Source of the DNA: the human T2T-CHM13v2.0 reference genome, Homo sapiens
Length of the DNA stretch: 64,000 bases
Assembly: GCA_009914755.4 (NCBI GenBank)
Contig: CP068257.2
Span: forward strand, 9,056,001-9,120,000
Direction of reading: 5' to 3'
The notes beneath the pieces were generated by a model. It did no database searches. It was not told where the DNA came from and saw only the letters and a program-made list of their open reading frames with translations. A program made the translations under genes and the position numbers. Below, one piece after another: positions 40,850 to 55,606 of this stretch; the first letter of the stretch is position 1; every line of letters starts with the position of its first letter.

Positions 40850-41405
40850 GGGTTGGGTGTCCTATTGGGGTTCACTGCTAGAGGCTACCATGCCTGTGGC
40901 AGTGGTCTGGTTGGGGACACTCTCCGGGGTTGCATTGCTGGTGGTGGGGCAGGTTGCCTGGCTATCTGGGGCTATACTGCCTGTGGTGGCAGGGGTGGTG
41001 GGGGGAGGCAGATTGTGTACAATAGCTTGTATTGCTGGTGGCTGGGGAAGGATTAGGGGCGCTATTTTCTGCTGCACTGCCCGCAGCAGGGAGTGGGTTG
41101 GGTGGAGTTATCCAGGGCTACAATGCTGGCGGGGGGGTGGTTTAGGGGCGTTGTTGGGTGCTACACTGTGACTGGAGGGGTGCACCATTAGGAGCTGAAC
41201 TGCCTGTGGCTGGGTCAGATTGTGGGCACTATTGGGTGGTATGCTCCCTGAGGTGTGGGGGGAGTGTTTTTGTCAGGGGGTATTGGGGTTACATTGCCTG
41301 AAACTGTAGGGTGTGTTGGATGTGTTATCCAGGAGCTACACTGCTAGTGGCAGGGGGCAGATTAGGGGTGCCATGGGGACTACACTGCCAGTGGCATTGG
41401 CGAGC
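40850..41405. repeat. G-rich minisatellite, ~13 units of ~38-45 bp
   Basis: Unit ~ GGGG.CTACA(C/T)TGC(C/T).GTGGCAGGGGGCAGATTAGGGG; contains gctggtgg (Chi-like) twice and gtggcagggg (Jeffreys core-like GGGCAGG); multiple GGGG runs on + strand. Confidence 0.85.
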
Positions 41406-44400
41406 TGGTGAGGTGGCAGCAGCAGTGACAGCAGTGGCTTCCTTCTTCTCGTAGCTTCCAAGTAAGGTATCGTTTTCTTCTTCTCAGACTCCAGACTCTA
41501 GAAGGCGATTTTCTTCTGCTCGAGCTGGATTGCATGGTAGGGCCTCCACACCCACTGTGGTTTCCCAGCCTGCCCTCATGCTTTGTGTTGCGAAGATCAC
41601 GTGGGACTACCGGGCAGGGAGTAGTAGGCACCATGGGGGAAGTGGGAAACAGGGCACTGTTGGTGGAGGTGTCAGGAATGGGAACCAGCCCTTTGGTGGG
41701 GAGGGCTGGCTGGGTCTTAGTTTCTCCTACGCAGGCTCCCGGAGGAGGACAGCCTTGGTGGGCCCAGCAATTCCTGGCCAGGTGTACTTGGCCAAGGGCC
41801 TGTTTCAGTGAAGGCACTCACTCCCACCCCAGGCCCCAGTTCCTGGCCAGCTTTTGCCAGAAGGAGAGGTTGGACTTTGGAAGGTGGGTGTGAGTGCCTT
41901 CAATGAAACTGATCCCTGACACCCAGTCACCAGCCTAACGAGGTGAGGCTCTAATGGTTCCAATCCCTGAGTCCTGTTTTGGGCTTTTCTGGCTTTGCCT
42001 GCCCAGCTGCTCCAAGCCACTCTGAAGAAGGAGAAGGAGGAGTCGCCTGTGGTATGGTTGAGCAGATGCCGTGGCTCTGCAGCTTGCCTCATGCAGTTGG
42101 TGGTGGAGATGGAGACCATAGCTAGAATGGAGCGGTAGGAGGGCACCCACGGGGGCTTGGTGGTAGGAGCCTGGTAGAGTGGGCTGGTACATTGAGGGTG
42201 ACTGGTTGTATTGGCATTGGTGCTAGTGGTGGTAGCAGTAGGAAGTCTGGGGGCCGGGAAGGGGGAGTAGGAGCACTGCAGGGCCCATCCCGTTCTGGGG
42301 TGGGGAGGAACCTGTGGGTGCTGTAACGAAGGTCTCGGTGGCAGTGGTGGTGGTACACCTAGGGCAAAGAGGAGTCCTCCCCCTTCTCCTGCAATCTCTG
42401 GAGTGTGCCCTCCTCCTGCCGGTGCCTGAGCTAGGCATGAGTGGCAGCATTATCTCATTCTTAACAAAATTTAGTGACTATTTGTGTATCCTTTTGCTTG
42501 TTTTTTGTTGTGATACTCTTGGAGTTACTCAAATTTTATGAATCGAGGAGGGGATAAAAAGTATTATATGATAGGCCTTCTAATTCCCACACCTGTTCTT
42601 TTTCCTTTCTTCCATTGTGTTTTCTTCTCATTTTCTTGTTCCTCTTCATTTTCTTTTGCTACTGCTTCTATTTCATGTTTCTATTCTTGTTTCTCCTCCT
42701 GTTTTTGTATTCTTATGCCAAGCAATGGCCTTAACCACCAAAACTGAGTTAAAAATAAAATACTTGTCACTGTTGTGTTTTTTAAATAACTGATCCCTTA
42801 CTATGTTTTAGAGATGAGGAAAAAAAATGAGTTGTATAATTAGTTACTTGAATAGTTATGCTTTCATAATTGTGTTAACCCATTTATGCCTAGTGTTCCA
42901 TGCTAAGCATGTGGAAATTACTTATATCCTACTGTTAAATGTCATCGAAAAGGTCTGATTTTTCACTTATGCAAAAATTCAAAAAATTGCAACCTCTGGC
43001 ATAAATGGACTAATGTGTTGTGTTATTCAAGGAATCAAAAAATGAAGCATCACATAAAATATTGGTAGCAAACAGTCATTTCATCTCTCTCACACTTTTT
43101 TCTGGAGCTATGCAAGAGTCACAGGGGTAATAAGTTCTAATTTATGAGATGATTAAGTGAACCATATTCCCTTAATTTTTTTTCTGCCACCATTTTCAAG
43201 AGTATTATCATCTGCATGAACAAAGGGTTCATCAACACATCTTTGCAAGAGGAAAAAGAAGAGGGGAGAATCATGTGTATAATGTTGTAAGGCAAACATT
43301 CACAACCAAAAACAAGGTTTTATTAACTTTCACCTTTAAGAACCTGCAGTGTTTAGCCCTCTTTGATTCCTAGTATTATTACCTTTGGTATGAACTCTTT
43401 TATTAAACTGATCACTCTAGAAGTTTATGCATTTTTTATCATTTTTCAAGCCAACAGAAATGTGTAATGCCTATAATTCTGACACTTCAGTTATTTTTAA
43501 GGCTATGAGCATGTAAGATACTGTTGGTATATGGAAGAATATGTATAAATACCACTAGGTAGCTTATTTTGAAGAGTTAGTATTTAAGTTTTTGTCCAGA
43601 GTAGATTGGTTGCAGTTTCTTAGGTGTGTTTCTTAATATGTTGCCTCAAAGTTTTAAAGCATGTAGAAATTTGAATACAGTTTAACTTCATATAGTCCTT
43701 TGTTGATAGATTTAATATTTCTAAAAACTAAAGACATCACAGCTCCCTTTAAGATTCAGTAATATTAATAAAATTTTAGAAATATAGGGTTAGAATCCAA
43801 CAAATTCAGAGGAAAATTGTTAAATTATATAGCTGTAGAGCAAGAATGAAACCCAGGTTCTAAGCTCTAAGGGGGCCATGAGGTACCGTACAAGTACTTC
43901 AGTGACTGGGCATAGATTCAGCAAAATTACAGGATGGTTAAGAGAGTGAGCTGTGGAGCCCAACTCTATGTAACATGAATTTTTAAACTGCATGGTGCCT
44001 CAGTTTATCCATCTTTACAGTGGGGACTGCAGTAAGTTTTTCTTTTTCTGCTCAGTTGTCTGTCATGTTGCGACTGTTCCCTAGTCTGTCTTGTTGCCAC
44101 TCAGTGCCCACATGACAAGACCTAAGGTAATTTCTGACAGCCTGGGACTCCTTAAAGAAAAACAGAAGGTGCTACAAAACCCATTTTAGGAGAAACCTCT
44201 GTTGTCCTCATGGAACCCCAAGAACTTCAGGCAGACGGGTCTCTCTCAAAATCTAAAGCTCTCCTCTGTTTTGCTTTGTGTTATCTGACCTTTTAGGTTT
44301 GGGTGGGCATCAGAAATCAGTCAGGGAGAGAGATCTAAAGAAAGTTGTGGATATGAAGATGTATTTATGGTAAGAAAAGTTGTGAAGGAAAGAAATGTTA

Positions 44401-44735
44401 TATGAGAGGATCTTGTATGGCAAATTTTTGTCCTAAAGTAGAATGACTAATTATGAAAGAGGGAAGTACAGGAAAAGTCAGAAAGTTCATGTCATAGATA
44501 GTCTGTGGAAGTTGTGTTAGGGTTCATAAAATGAGAAAGAAAAACTTAACAACTGCTAGATCTTTTCCTGTCTAGAAGTGTTGTGTATATGATGGATATA
44601 TAAAGGAGCCCTAACTACTTGGCTTAGAAGAAAAGGAAGTCTCTTAAATATTTTGTCAGAAAAATAGAATCTCTAATGCCTTTTATTTAACATGACTTCA
44701 GTGATCTTTGGGAAATAAAGACAGTGTTAAAATCA

Positions 44736-44861
44736 TTTTTTAGTAGAGACAGCGTTTCTCCGTATTGGTCAGGCTAATCTCGAACTCCTGTCCTCAGGTG
44801 ATCCTCCCGCCTTGGCCTCCCAGAGTGCTGGGATTACAAGCATGAGCCACTGCACCTGGCC
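44736..44861 (-). mobile_element. Alu left-monomer fragment (FLAM-like)
   Basis: ttttagtagagacagcgtttctccgtattggtcaggctaatctcgaactcctgtcctcaggtgatcctcccgccttggcctcccagagtgctgggattacaagcatgagccactgcacctggcc. Confidence 0.85.
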
Positions 44862-44998
44862 TACAAATAGGTTAAATTATTTTATAAATTAGCTGTTGTT
44901 TGTTTTGCCTACTTTCAGACTTCTGGATTTTTTTTAAGTATGAAGGATTTCAATTGTTATATTAATATAAATGCTTAGATAAATAGCACAAACATGAA

Positions 44999-45283
44999 TT
45001 TTTTTTTGACAGAGTCTCACTCTGTTGCCCAGGCTGGAGTGCAGTGGCAGAATCTCAGCTCACTGCAACCTCCACTTCCCAGGTTCAAGCAATTCTCGTG
45101 CTCAGCCTCCCAAGTAGCTGGGATTACAGGCATATGCCACCATGCCTGGATAATTTTTGTATTTTTAGAGACGGAGTTTCGTCATGTTGTCCAGGCTGAT
45201 CTCGAGCTCCTGGCCTCAAGTGATCTGCCCGCCTTGGTCTCCCAAAGTGTTGGGATTACAGGTGTGAGCCATCACACTTGGCC
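44999..45283 (-). mobile_element. Alu SINE
   Basis: tttttttgacagagtctcactctgttgcccaggctggagtgcagtggc...ggtgtgagccatcacacttggcc. Confidence 0.95.
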
Positions 45284-45384
45284 AACTGTATTCTTTATGA
45301 ATTTTTTTACATCAAAAAGCTCATTTGTAATATTTTCTGTATGTATACATGCTATAAAATTTATTTTGTTTTATTTTAACTTTT

Positions 45385-45507
45385 TAAAAATAGAGATGGG
45401 GTCTGATTGTTTTGCCCAGCCTGGTCTTGAATTCTGGGCTCAAGTAATCCTCCCACCATGACCTCCCAAAGTGCTGGGATTACAGGCATGAGCCACCATG
45501 CCCAGCC
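45385..45507 (-). mobile_element. Alu left-monomer fragment
   Basis: aaaaatagagatggggtctgattgttttgcccagcctggtcttgaattctgggctcaagtaatcctcccaccatgacctcccaaagtgctgggattacaggcatgagccaccatgcccagcc. Confidence 0.85.
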
Positions 45508-46111
45508 TGTAAAATTTATTGTAAAGGAAAAGGCATATTTTCATTAAGCTGATAATCTTTACATAAATACTGAAGCATGGCATATTTCTTTATTCTACTT
45601 GGGCTATTTTGTGTTGCATTAAGAAGAATTTTTTATTTGTTTTTTCTTCTTACTATGCTTGTTTCTGGAATACTCCTTTCCTCCCTTATCTTCCAAACTC
45701 TACTACATCTAAATTTATCCTATTTTTCAAGGGTTTGATCACATATTACGTCATCCAGGAAGTGTCTCTCCTATTCCCTCTTCTCCAAAATGTATATTTT
45801 CTTTTTCTGGAAACTCTTGATCCTTTGCCTCTAGACCATAAGCCCTTTGTAGGCATGTCTGTATCTGAGTTTTTAAATTTTTTTTTCCTCTTTTCTCACT
45901 CCCAGAATAACACCCTGTGCCAAGGAGTAGTAGATACTTGTTGAATGCATAAAAGAGCTTAGCAGCTAGAGTTAGTGTGGATGCTGTAGAAGATGTCTGA
46001 TACACATATGGCAGTTTGATGCTGAATAGTTTTTGGAAATTAAAAAACAGGTAGAAATTTCACCAACGTCAGTGACTAACATAGCTGTAATTAGTAAATT
46101 ATCAAAATGTT

Positions 46112-46396
46112 TCTTTTTTTTTCTTTTTTACAGAGAGGGTCTCTCTCTGTTGCCCGGGCTGGAGTGTGGCGGTGTGATCATGGTTCAGTGCAGCCTCCGA
46201 GTCCTGGGCTCACACGGTCCTCCTGAGTAGCTGGGACTACAGGTGTGTGCCACCACACCTGGTCAATTTCTTTTATTTTGTAGAAACAGAGTCTCATTAT
46301 GTTACCCAGGCTGACCTCAGATTGCTGGGCTCAAGAGATCCTCCCACCTTGGCCTCCTGAAGTGCTGGGATTATAGGTGCGGGCCACTGAGCCCAG
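46112..46396 (-). mobile_element. Alu SINE (older, AluJ-like)
   Basis: tctttttttttttctttttta cagagagggtctctctctgttgcccgggctggagtgtggcgg...ctcaagagatcctcccacc...ggtgcgggccactgagcccag. Confidence 0.9.
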
Positions 46397-46607
46397 TTAA
46401 AAGCATTTCTTTAAAAAAGAAAAAAAAGTTCTGTTTATTGGGATTTGGGGGAGGAAGAGAAAGTAAATATGGGATTGGTTCATCCTAGACAGCACTCATA
46501 GTTCTAGATAATATTAGAAAGCAATAATGTTTTAATTTATATATGCAGGGAATTTCGGAGTAATTTCAATCCTAGGAAAAAACTGGGAGTTAGAAATATG
46601 GGACGAT

Positions 46608-46981
<374 letters not shown>

Positions 46982-47191
46982 TCAACTAGTTTTATATTAA
47001 AAAAATTAAATTCTTAAGTAGATTCGTCAGGAGTAAAGGAAAAGTCAAGATTCCCAACTTATTTGGATTTCTTTCCCCCATTACAGTGTACTCGAGGAAC
47101 AAAATTTGGGCTGTTTGGCTGTCTTTTTTATTTGTTATACATAAATAAACTGATAATCAAAACCAAATATATTGAGGTTACATTTTTCTTT

Positions 47192-47497
<306 letters not shown>

Positions 47498-48258
47498 AAA
47501 GGTTACATTTTTCTAGCAAAATTTGATTCAGATTTATGATGAGAGTCACCTTTATGCTTATAGATTGCCCCTTTACCCCATACTTGGTTGAACTGACAGA
47601 CATTCTTCTTGCCATTATCACTGTCATACACTGTTCACATTCAGAGTAATTTGTTTTAGGCAATTCATTTCCCTTGGCAATAACATGGAGATTAATGTAA
47701 TTTTGAAAATGTTTAAGTAGTCATCATCAGGACTTTGAGTTTCTGTTCAAAGATGTTTAACTTTGCATTACTTTTAATATTTTTAAATTCATTTTTAACT
47801 ACAATAACTTTTATGTATTTGGAGGTATTTGGAATGAAATCAAAACGTGCTATCTAGGAGTTATAACCTAAAATATGCAGAACATTAATATACCTGATGT
47901 AGGAGTATATACATTCTGTTGAGGGGGGAGAAAGAAGTTACTTTATATTCACACAAAATCATTTTAATGCATGAAGGAGGATATGCTATTTTAAAATTTG
48001 ATCTTTCACTAATTGTAAGTAATACATTATTTTTTATATATACTGAAATTCCTGGATGTAATCTACTGAGTTTGCTGCATATTCTTCCAGTTTTTTTTTC
48101 TGTGTTTGTATAATTTTCTAAATTATGGGATCATAATATACTATTCTTTTATATACTACTGTTGCAAGTTTGTCTATTTATTTCAGAGTTACCTCTATCA
48201 ATCATTAACAGCAACTTAAATACCCCATTTCTAGTACATGAAAATACCATAATTTGCC

Positions 48259-48545
48259 AGTCACGATGACTCACACCTGTTGTCCCAGTACTTTGGGAGG
48301 CCGAGCTGGCTGGATCACCGGAGGTCAGGAGTTCAAGACCAGCCTGGCCAACATGGTGAAACCCCATCTCTACTAAAAATACAAAAAATAGCCAGGCATG
48401 GTGGCATGTGCCTGTAATCCCAGCTACTTGGGAGGCTGAGGCAGGAGAATCACTTGAAACTGGGAGGTGGAGGTTGCAGTGAGCCATGCCACTGGACTCC
48501 AGCCTGGGCGACAGAGTGAGACTCTGTTTCAAACAAACAAAAAAA
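48259..48545 (+). mobile_element. Alu SINE with 18-bp TSD GAAAATACCATAATTTGC
   Basis: gaaaataccataatttgc at 48240-48257 and 48546-48563; body cagtcacgatgactcacacctgttgtcccagtactttgggaggccgag... Confidence 0.95.
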
Positions 48546-48936
48546 GAAAATACCATAATTTGCTTAATCAACTTATGGTCACTGGATTTTTTTGTTGTTG
48601 CCAGAAAAAGAAAGCTGTAAACAATTGTGTGTGTGTATGACTATTTATGCACATGTACATATGTATATGTATTTTGTGTACTTTATACAAACAGCTTTGT
48701 AGGATAGATTCCTAGAAGTGGAGTTGCTGAAATCAAAAGATGTGAATAATGTAGATATGGATAGATATTTATACATTTTCCTTCCAAAAGGTTGTTGTAC
48801 CAATTTGTAAAGCTACCAATAGTATTCACATATGCCCCATACCCTGGCTAATACTAGATATTACAGTTTAAAATATTTTGACAATTTAGGAACTGAAAAA
48901 ATGTGATGGCCTTTTGTCAATCACTATTGAGGCTGA

Positions 48937-49364
<428 letters not shown>

Positions 49365-49470
49365 ATATGTCTTTTATAAATTGCCTACTTTTGTTCTTTG
49401 TTTATTTTCTGTTGGGGTTACTGGTTTTTCACAGGTTAAAAGTTCTCTACATATTCACTTTTTTATTTCT

Positions 49471-49798
<328 letters not shown>

Positions 49799-51608
49799 TT
49801 ATTCACTTTTTTCGTACGTGTGCACATATCCCCCTAGCTATTCTTTTGTAATGTTATGCAATCAGATAAATCCAAACCCAGCACTGTGCTGCTGTGGGAC
49901 CTTGGGCACATTATTTAACCTCTGTACACCTTAATTTCCTTATTTGTACAATGGAGATAATGTAAATAGCATTAGGCATAATGGCTGGCACAAAGTAAGT
50001 AAATAATAAATGTTAGTTGTGACTGTTATTAATTTATTTATGTGACTTTTGTGTTTTGTGCTCTACTTAAGACTTTCCTTGCTCCAAAATGTAAAATATT
50101 CACCTAGCTACTAAACTAGAAAAACAAAGTGAGGAACATTATATGCCTCTATGTGTCTTTGCTTTAAAGATGAAAAACAATGTATACATTTTTGCTTGTA
50201 TATCACAGGATATATGATACTTGGAAACATTGGTTGTCATAGTAGGAAGAATGAGTGAGAGGAAGACTTTTTAACTGCATGTGTTTTTGTATTTTTAAAA
50301 CAAAGAAGTCCCCAGATTGTATTTAATACTTCAATGGTTTCTTTATTTTCCTTTTCCTTCTCTTTTTAAAACTTCTAATTCTTTGATCCGTCTGGAATTT
50401 ATTTCTGGTATAAGAAGTGAGACATATTTTGGGGGATAAAATTGTGTGTGAATTCTACCCCATCTAGCTAGTTGTGTCAGCACCATTTAGTGAATAATCT
50501 GTTTTTTGCCCCCCTATTAGAATTGCAGCTTTTGTCATTTACTAAATGTGTTTGGGACTATTTCTGATTGGTCTTGTTATTTTGGTCTCTTGTGTATTAC
50601 CATACACTTTAAATTACTATCATTTTATAATTTTAATACAGATGGGGTTAATTACCTGTTCATTTCTCTTTTTTTTTCAGACTTTGACAATTCTGGTCTA
50701 TGTGTTCTTCTAGATGAACTTTAGAATCATTCTGTGACATTCAAAAAGAAATCATAGAGATTTTTATTGAATACTGAATATTGATTGGGAATACTGAAAT
50801 TGGAGGTGAAGTTTGGGGAAATTGACATCTTTATGTACTTTCTGTCCTGTGTTCTAACAGATTTTTATGTGTCTCAGTAGATTTTCAAACTTTGCTTCAA
50901 ATAAGTCCTGTACAAATAAGTCTTGTATATTTCTTGTTTATTTATTTTAAAAAACATCAGACCCATGAATGGGAGTTTGTTTATTTTATCCAACAAATAT
51001 TATAGAGAATCAAACAGGTAGTTTTTATTCTAGTGAGAGAAGACAGAATATACTCAATAAAATGAAGTACGTAATCCATTTCAAATTATGATAAACCTAT
51101 AAATGAACCAAAAGGGTGATGCGATTGAGAGTAACTAGTGGGAGCTTACCTTATATGTAGGGTGGTTGGAAAGACTCTTCTGAGATGACATTTGAACTGA
51201 GACCTTAAGTTTGAGGAGGAGCTAGCCACCTGAATGAGCCAGGAACAGCGTTCCTGGAAGAGAGTAAAGAAGGACAAAGGCCCAGCTAGGAAGGACCTGG
51301 CAGAGAAGGGCTCCTGAAGAAACTGAAAGGAAACTCATGTTGCTGGGGCCTAATGAGCAATCTGGAAAGTAAGCAGGCCAAATCTAGTAGGGCCTTGGGT
51401 CATCGTAAGTAGTTTAGATATGCAGTGCGTAGGAAATCCTTGGGGAATCTGAAGCAGAAGAGTGGCGTGTTCTGATTTAAGGTTTAAAAAGAACACTTGG
51501 CTTTTTGAGTTGAGAAAGTATTGAAGTGGGAAGCCCAGTTAGGAGTTTTTGCAGCAAGAGGTAAGGATGGTGGTAGTTAGATGGAGAGGCCAGGGAAGCT
51601 TCAGAGTC

Positions 51609-51650
51609 TGTGTGTGTGTGAGTGTGCGTATGTGTGTGCGTGTGTATAAG
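51609..51650. repeat. (TG)n-rich microsatellite
   Basis: gtctgtgtgtgtgtgagtgtgcgtatgtgtgtgcgtgtgtat. Confidence 0.85.
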
Positions 51651-52279
51651 GAACAGCTAAACAACTTGCTGTTGGAGTGGGTGCTACTGAGAGCTAAGTA
51701 CTGCTAGCTGCTGCAGAGGCCGTGTAGAGCAGAACAGAGCTGATCTTTGCCTTCACAGGTGTTTGACAGTTCTGTTCGTTTCTGAGGTGTGTACCAAAAT
51801 AAAGTAGGCTAAGAGCATTTGACTTTAAGATTTGTGGAGCTCGGGGGTGTTGAGGGGGATGCAGCAAAAAACAGAGTCTGTTAATAACCCTTGTTTTATA
51901 TTGCTTAATAACCTGTAGTCTCTGTTAGTGGGTCAAAGGAGAGGCAGCAGCAGATGATCTTTAAGGTATCTGTCTTTGAGTTAGAAAAACATAGCTTGAG
52001 GAAGTTATGTAGCTTCCCTACAGACTTACAGCTAATAGTAGAACCAGACTTTTAGGTGAGCTCATGCACACAACAAGTCTTAGCACACTGCCTAGTATAT
52101 GTCTAGAGCTCAATAAATGGTAACTTTTAGTAATACCCACTTAGATATTGTTATATCTATTAATTCAGGCCAAATATCTACATTAAAATTTTTCTTATCT
52201 CAATTTCTTTGTTCTTTTGTGTTAATCAGGGAGGGAATTGGCATGTAGTCATCCATTTTGTTTGTGAAATATATTTGTT

Positions 52280-52753
<474 letters not shown>

Positions 52754-53464
52754 ATATTTTTGTATTTTTAGTAGAGATTTCTTTCAATATCGTACTTTAT
52801 TAGAGGTAGGATAGGTTAACTAAAAAGCTTTTTCCTTAGCTTCCATTTGTTTCTCTGTCTTTAAGTAAGATGTCATGATGTCAAAAGAGGCTGCAAATAA
52901 AATACCTTGTCAGTGGCATTCCCCCAGGTTAGATCTTAACCAAAAGGCTGAGAAGCAGTAGCTTTTTTCCCCCCAAAGGGAAGAATGCTTAGGTTATTTT
53001 ACAGGAGAAAATCCATTCCAGTATAGCACCACTCTGGTCTTGTACAAATTACATAATTCACTTAGATAATTTCTAGTCTTTCCTCTCCTGGATGGTGGAC
53101 TCTGTAATAAGTTTAGGAGGTCGGCTTTCTTTAAATTATCCCCAGGTTGGAGGATTTTAGGTGTCGGGATGCCCAGGGTGGTTGTCCTTCTTAGCCTTGT
53201 CTTACCTAACATACTTTTAGAATTGGTCTAGAGCTGGACAACTTTGTGGGAACTGGAGTGACCTAATTTGCTTCAGTTTAATAACTAATATTTTAGCATT
53301 TAAATGTCATAGAGGCATTGCCCTATCCCATACTTTTGTATCAGGAGGTTTCATTATTTTATCAGTTAAAAATTGCATATTTTGTAGGATCCTTTTTCTG
53401 CTTTGGTGAAATGTAGGCTTCACCTCTATTGTGATGCTTGGTGGATTCATTCTTGCTCATCTGA

Positions 53465-53809
<345 letters not shown>

Positions 53810-55252
53810 ATTTTTAGCTTTTTTTCCAATGTAGCTTAGGCCACCTTGAACACCTTTGCATAACACATTTTGGTTATGCAAAGGTTGTGGGCCAAAAGCC
53901 AGGAGTTCCTGCTGAGAGGAAAAATTACTTGTTTTTTGGCAGGTTAGTATTTGAAATTTTGTTGCAAGATTTTCCTGTTGAGTAAATATGTGTGTGTTTA
54001 TTTAATATGAGAAGATTTAAAAAGGAACTTAAATAGATCAATTTCATTTTGCAATATTTTATTACCTGTTTGCAATATGTAAGAGGCTAGTTCTGGGTTT
54101 ATCTGTATAATTCAGTTAGAAGTGCTATTGTCTTTTATGACAGTGATGTATAATTATTACTATATTATTCTCATCCTAAAACATTATATGTTGATATGTA
54201 AGAGATGAGGAAGTTGCTCATAAAATCTTGATCGGATTTCTTAAACTATTCATAGAATTGTTTTAGTTCATGAGTCAACCATGTAACTACCCTGAGTTAA
54301 TGAGTTTTGGTGCTAAGAACTGAAATTATAATTTGATACTGCCACTTAAGGTGCTCCCTTCCCCTTCAGTCTGAACTTTAGATTCTTTCATTTCAGTGGG
54401 TTTCAAATGTAAAGTATTCTGCCGAGGTATCTTAGTGAACCAGGACTGGAGTGAAAGGTGGAGGGAGGGATGGGGAAAGGCAGGGGGAGCCTGAAAAAAT
54501 GAATCCTAGGTCTCCCATTCTCACTAGATCAGAATGTTTCTCCATTGTACCTTTTGTACATTTAGCTTTCATTTAAGACTTCTGAGGAAAACATTCTGGT
54601 TAAAAAACAAGATCTGAGCACTGTTGCTGTGTATCTCGTGGACAAGTTTTGAGGAAGGAGGTTGTGGTGGTCTCCAGGCTGCAGTTCATGTGACGACAGG
54701 AAGGGCTTGCTTTGACCTGTAAATTTGTATGCCGGTAGGGGCTAATTTCCTGACTTTGCTAGTTTTTTTTTTTTTTTCCTTCTGTATTGGGCGAATAGTA
54801 CTTTTAAATAAAACTAATTTTTTTTGTTTTTTTTGAGATAATAAAGTTGAACTTCATTAAAGTCATACCACAAAACTAGGACAACAGGAAGGATTACTGA
54901 AATGAGGGAAAAAATGGAGAAGTCACTTAACTTGTGACTTTGAGTGACATTGTTTGTAATTGTTGAACTCAGGACTCACCATAGCTGAAAGTTAAACAAT
55001 GTGCATTAAAAAATTGTACCTCATGGGTTTCTAATCATTTAGGCCACTGTTAGAAAAAAATGGGATGACCCTGGGTTAAAATCTTTTTTTTTTTTGCCTC
55101 TGCATTCCACTTATAGCTTTATTTATTTGGGATGTCTGAGTTGGGAGGAGAGCACAGAGATAGATCACTTAAAGCATGTTTTAGGACAGCAGATCAGAAT
55201 TAGTTGGAAAACTTTTACAAAATGCATGAACGTTCATATAGTGAAATACTCT

Positions 55253-55539
55253 GTTTTTGGACAGAGTTTCATTCTTGTTGCCCAGGCTGGAGTGCAATGG
55301 CACGACCTCAGCTCACCGCAACCTCTGCCCCTGGTTTCAAGCGATTCTCCTTCCTCAGCCTCTCGAGTAGCTGGGATTACAGGCATGTGCCACCATGCCT
55401 GGCTAATTTTTGTATTTTCAGTAGAGACGGGGTTTCAGCATGTTGGTGAGGCTGGTCTCGAACTCTTGACCTCAGGTGATCCACCCGCCTCAGCCTCCCA
55501 AAATGCTGGGATTACAGGCGTGAGCCACCACATCTGGCC
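55253..55539 (-). mobile_element. Alu SINE with 17-bp TSD CAT(A/G)TAGTGAAAT(A/T)CTCT
   Basis: catatagtgaaatactctgttttt before; catgtagtgaaattctcttt after; body ggacagagtttcattcttgttgcccaggctggagtgcaatggcacg... Confidence 0.95.
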
Positions 55540-55606
55540 CATGTAGTGAAATTCTCTTTAGCAATAGAAAGAACCATAGATGCATGAGAATAATTGCCAA
55601 GATGTA

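Noticed and set aside
40862-41077. Minus-strand mucin-like T/S/P-rich ORF (…TTPATTGSIAPDSQATCPTTSNATPESVPNQTTATG…) across the G-rich minisatellite
   Set aside because: It is the C-rich strand of a minisatellite. The frame closes after 71 aa and neighbouring minus frames are broken every 60-145 aa. No signal peptide or exon structure is evident. It is most simply a repeat-composition artefact.
38700-42500. SVA retrotransposon, which has a CT-rich 5' end, a GC-rich VNTR and a poly-A
   Set aside because: The 5' repeat is not a (CCCTCT)n hexamer array. No Alu-like antisense segment, SINE-R (HERV-K-derived) region or terminal poly-A/TSD is present. The order and content, with a palindromic CCAAT core, do not fit SVA. 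LTR12 was also considered and rejected, because the CCAAT repeat units differ from LTR12's CACCAATCAGC units.
44994-45461. ORFs of 100-155 aa at 44994-45461, 48149-48571, 55094-55546, 24128-24457, 56587-56892, 58415-58871 and 61642-61998
   Set aside because: Every one overlaps an Alu element, and the translations contain the hallmark Alu-derived peptides (…SQAGVQW…, …GITGV(S/C)HH(A/T)…). They are not genes.
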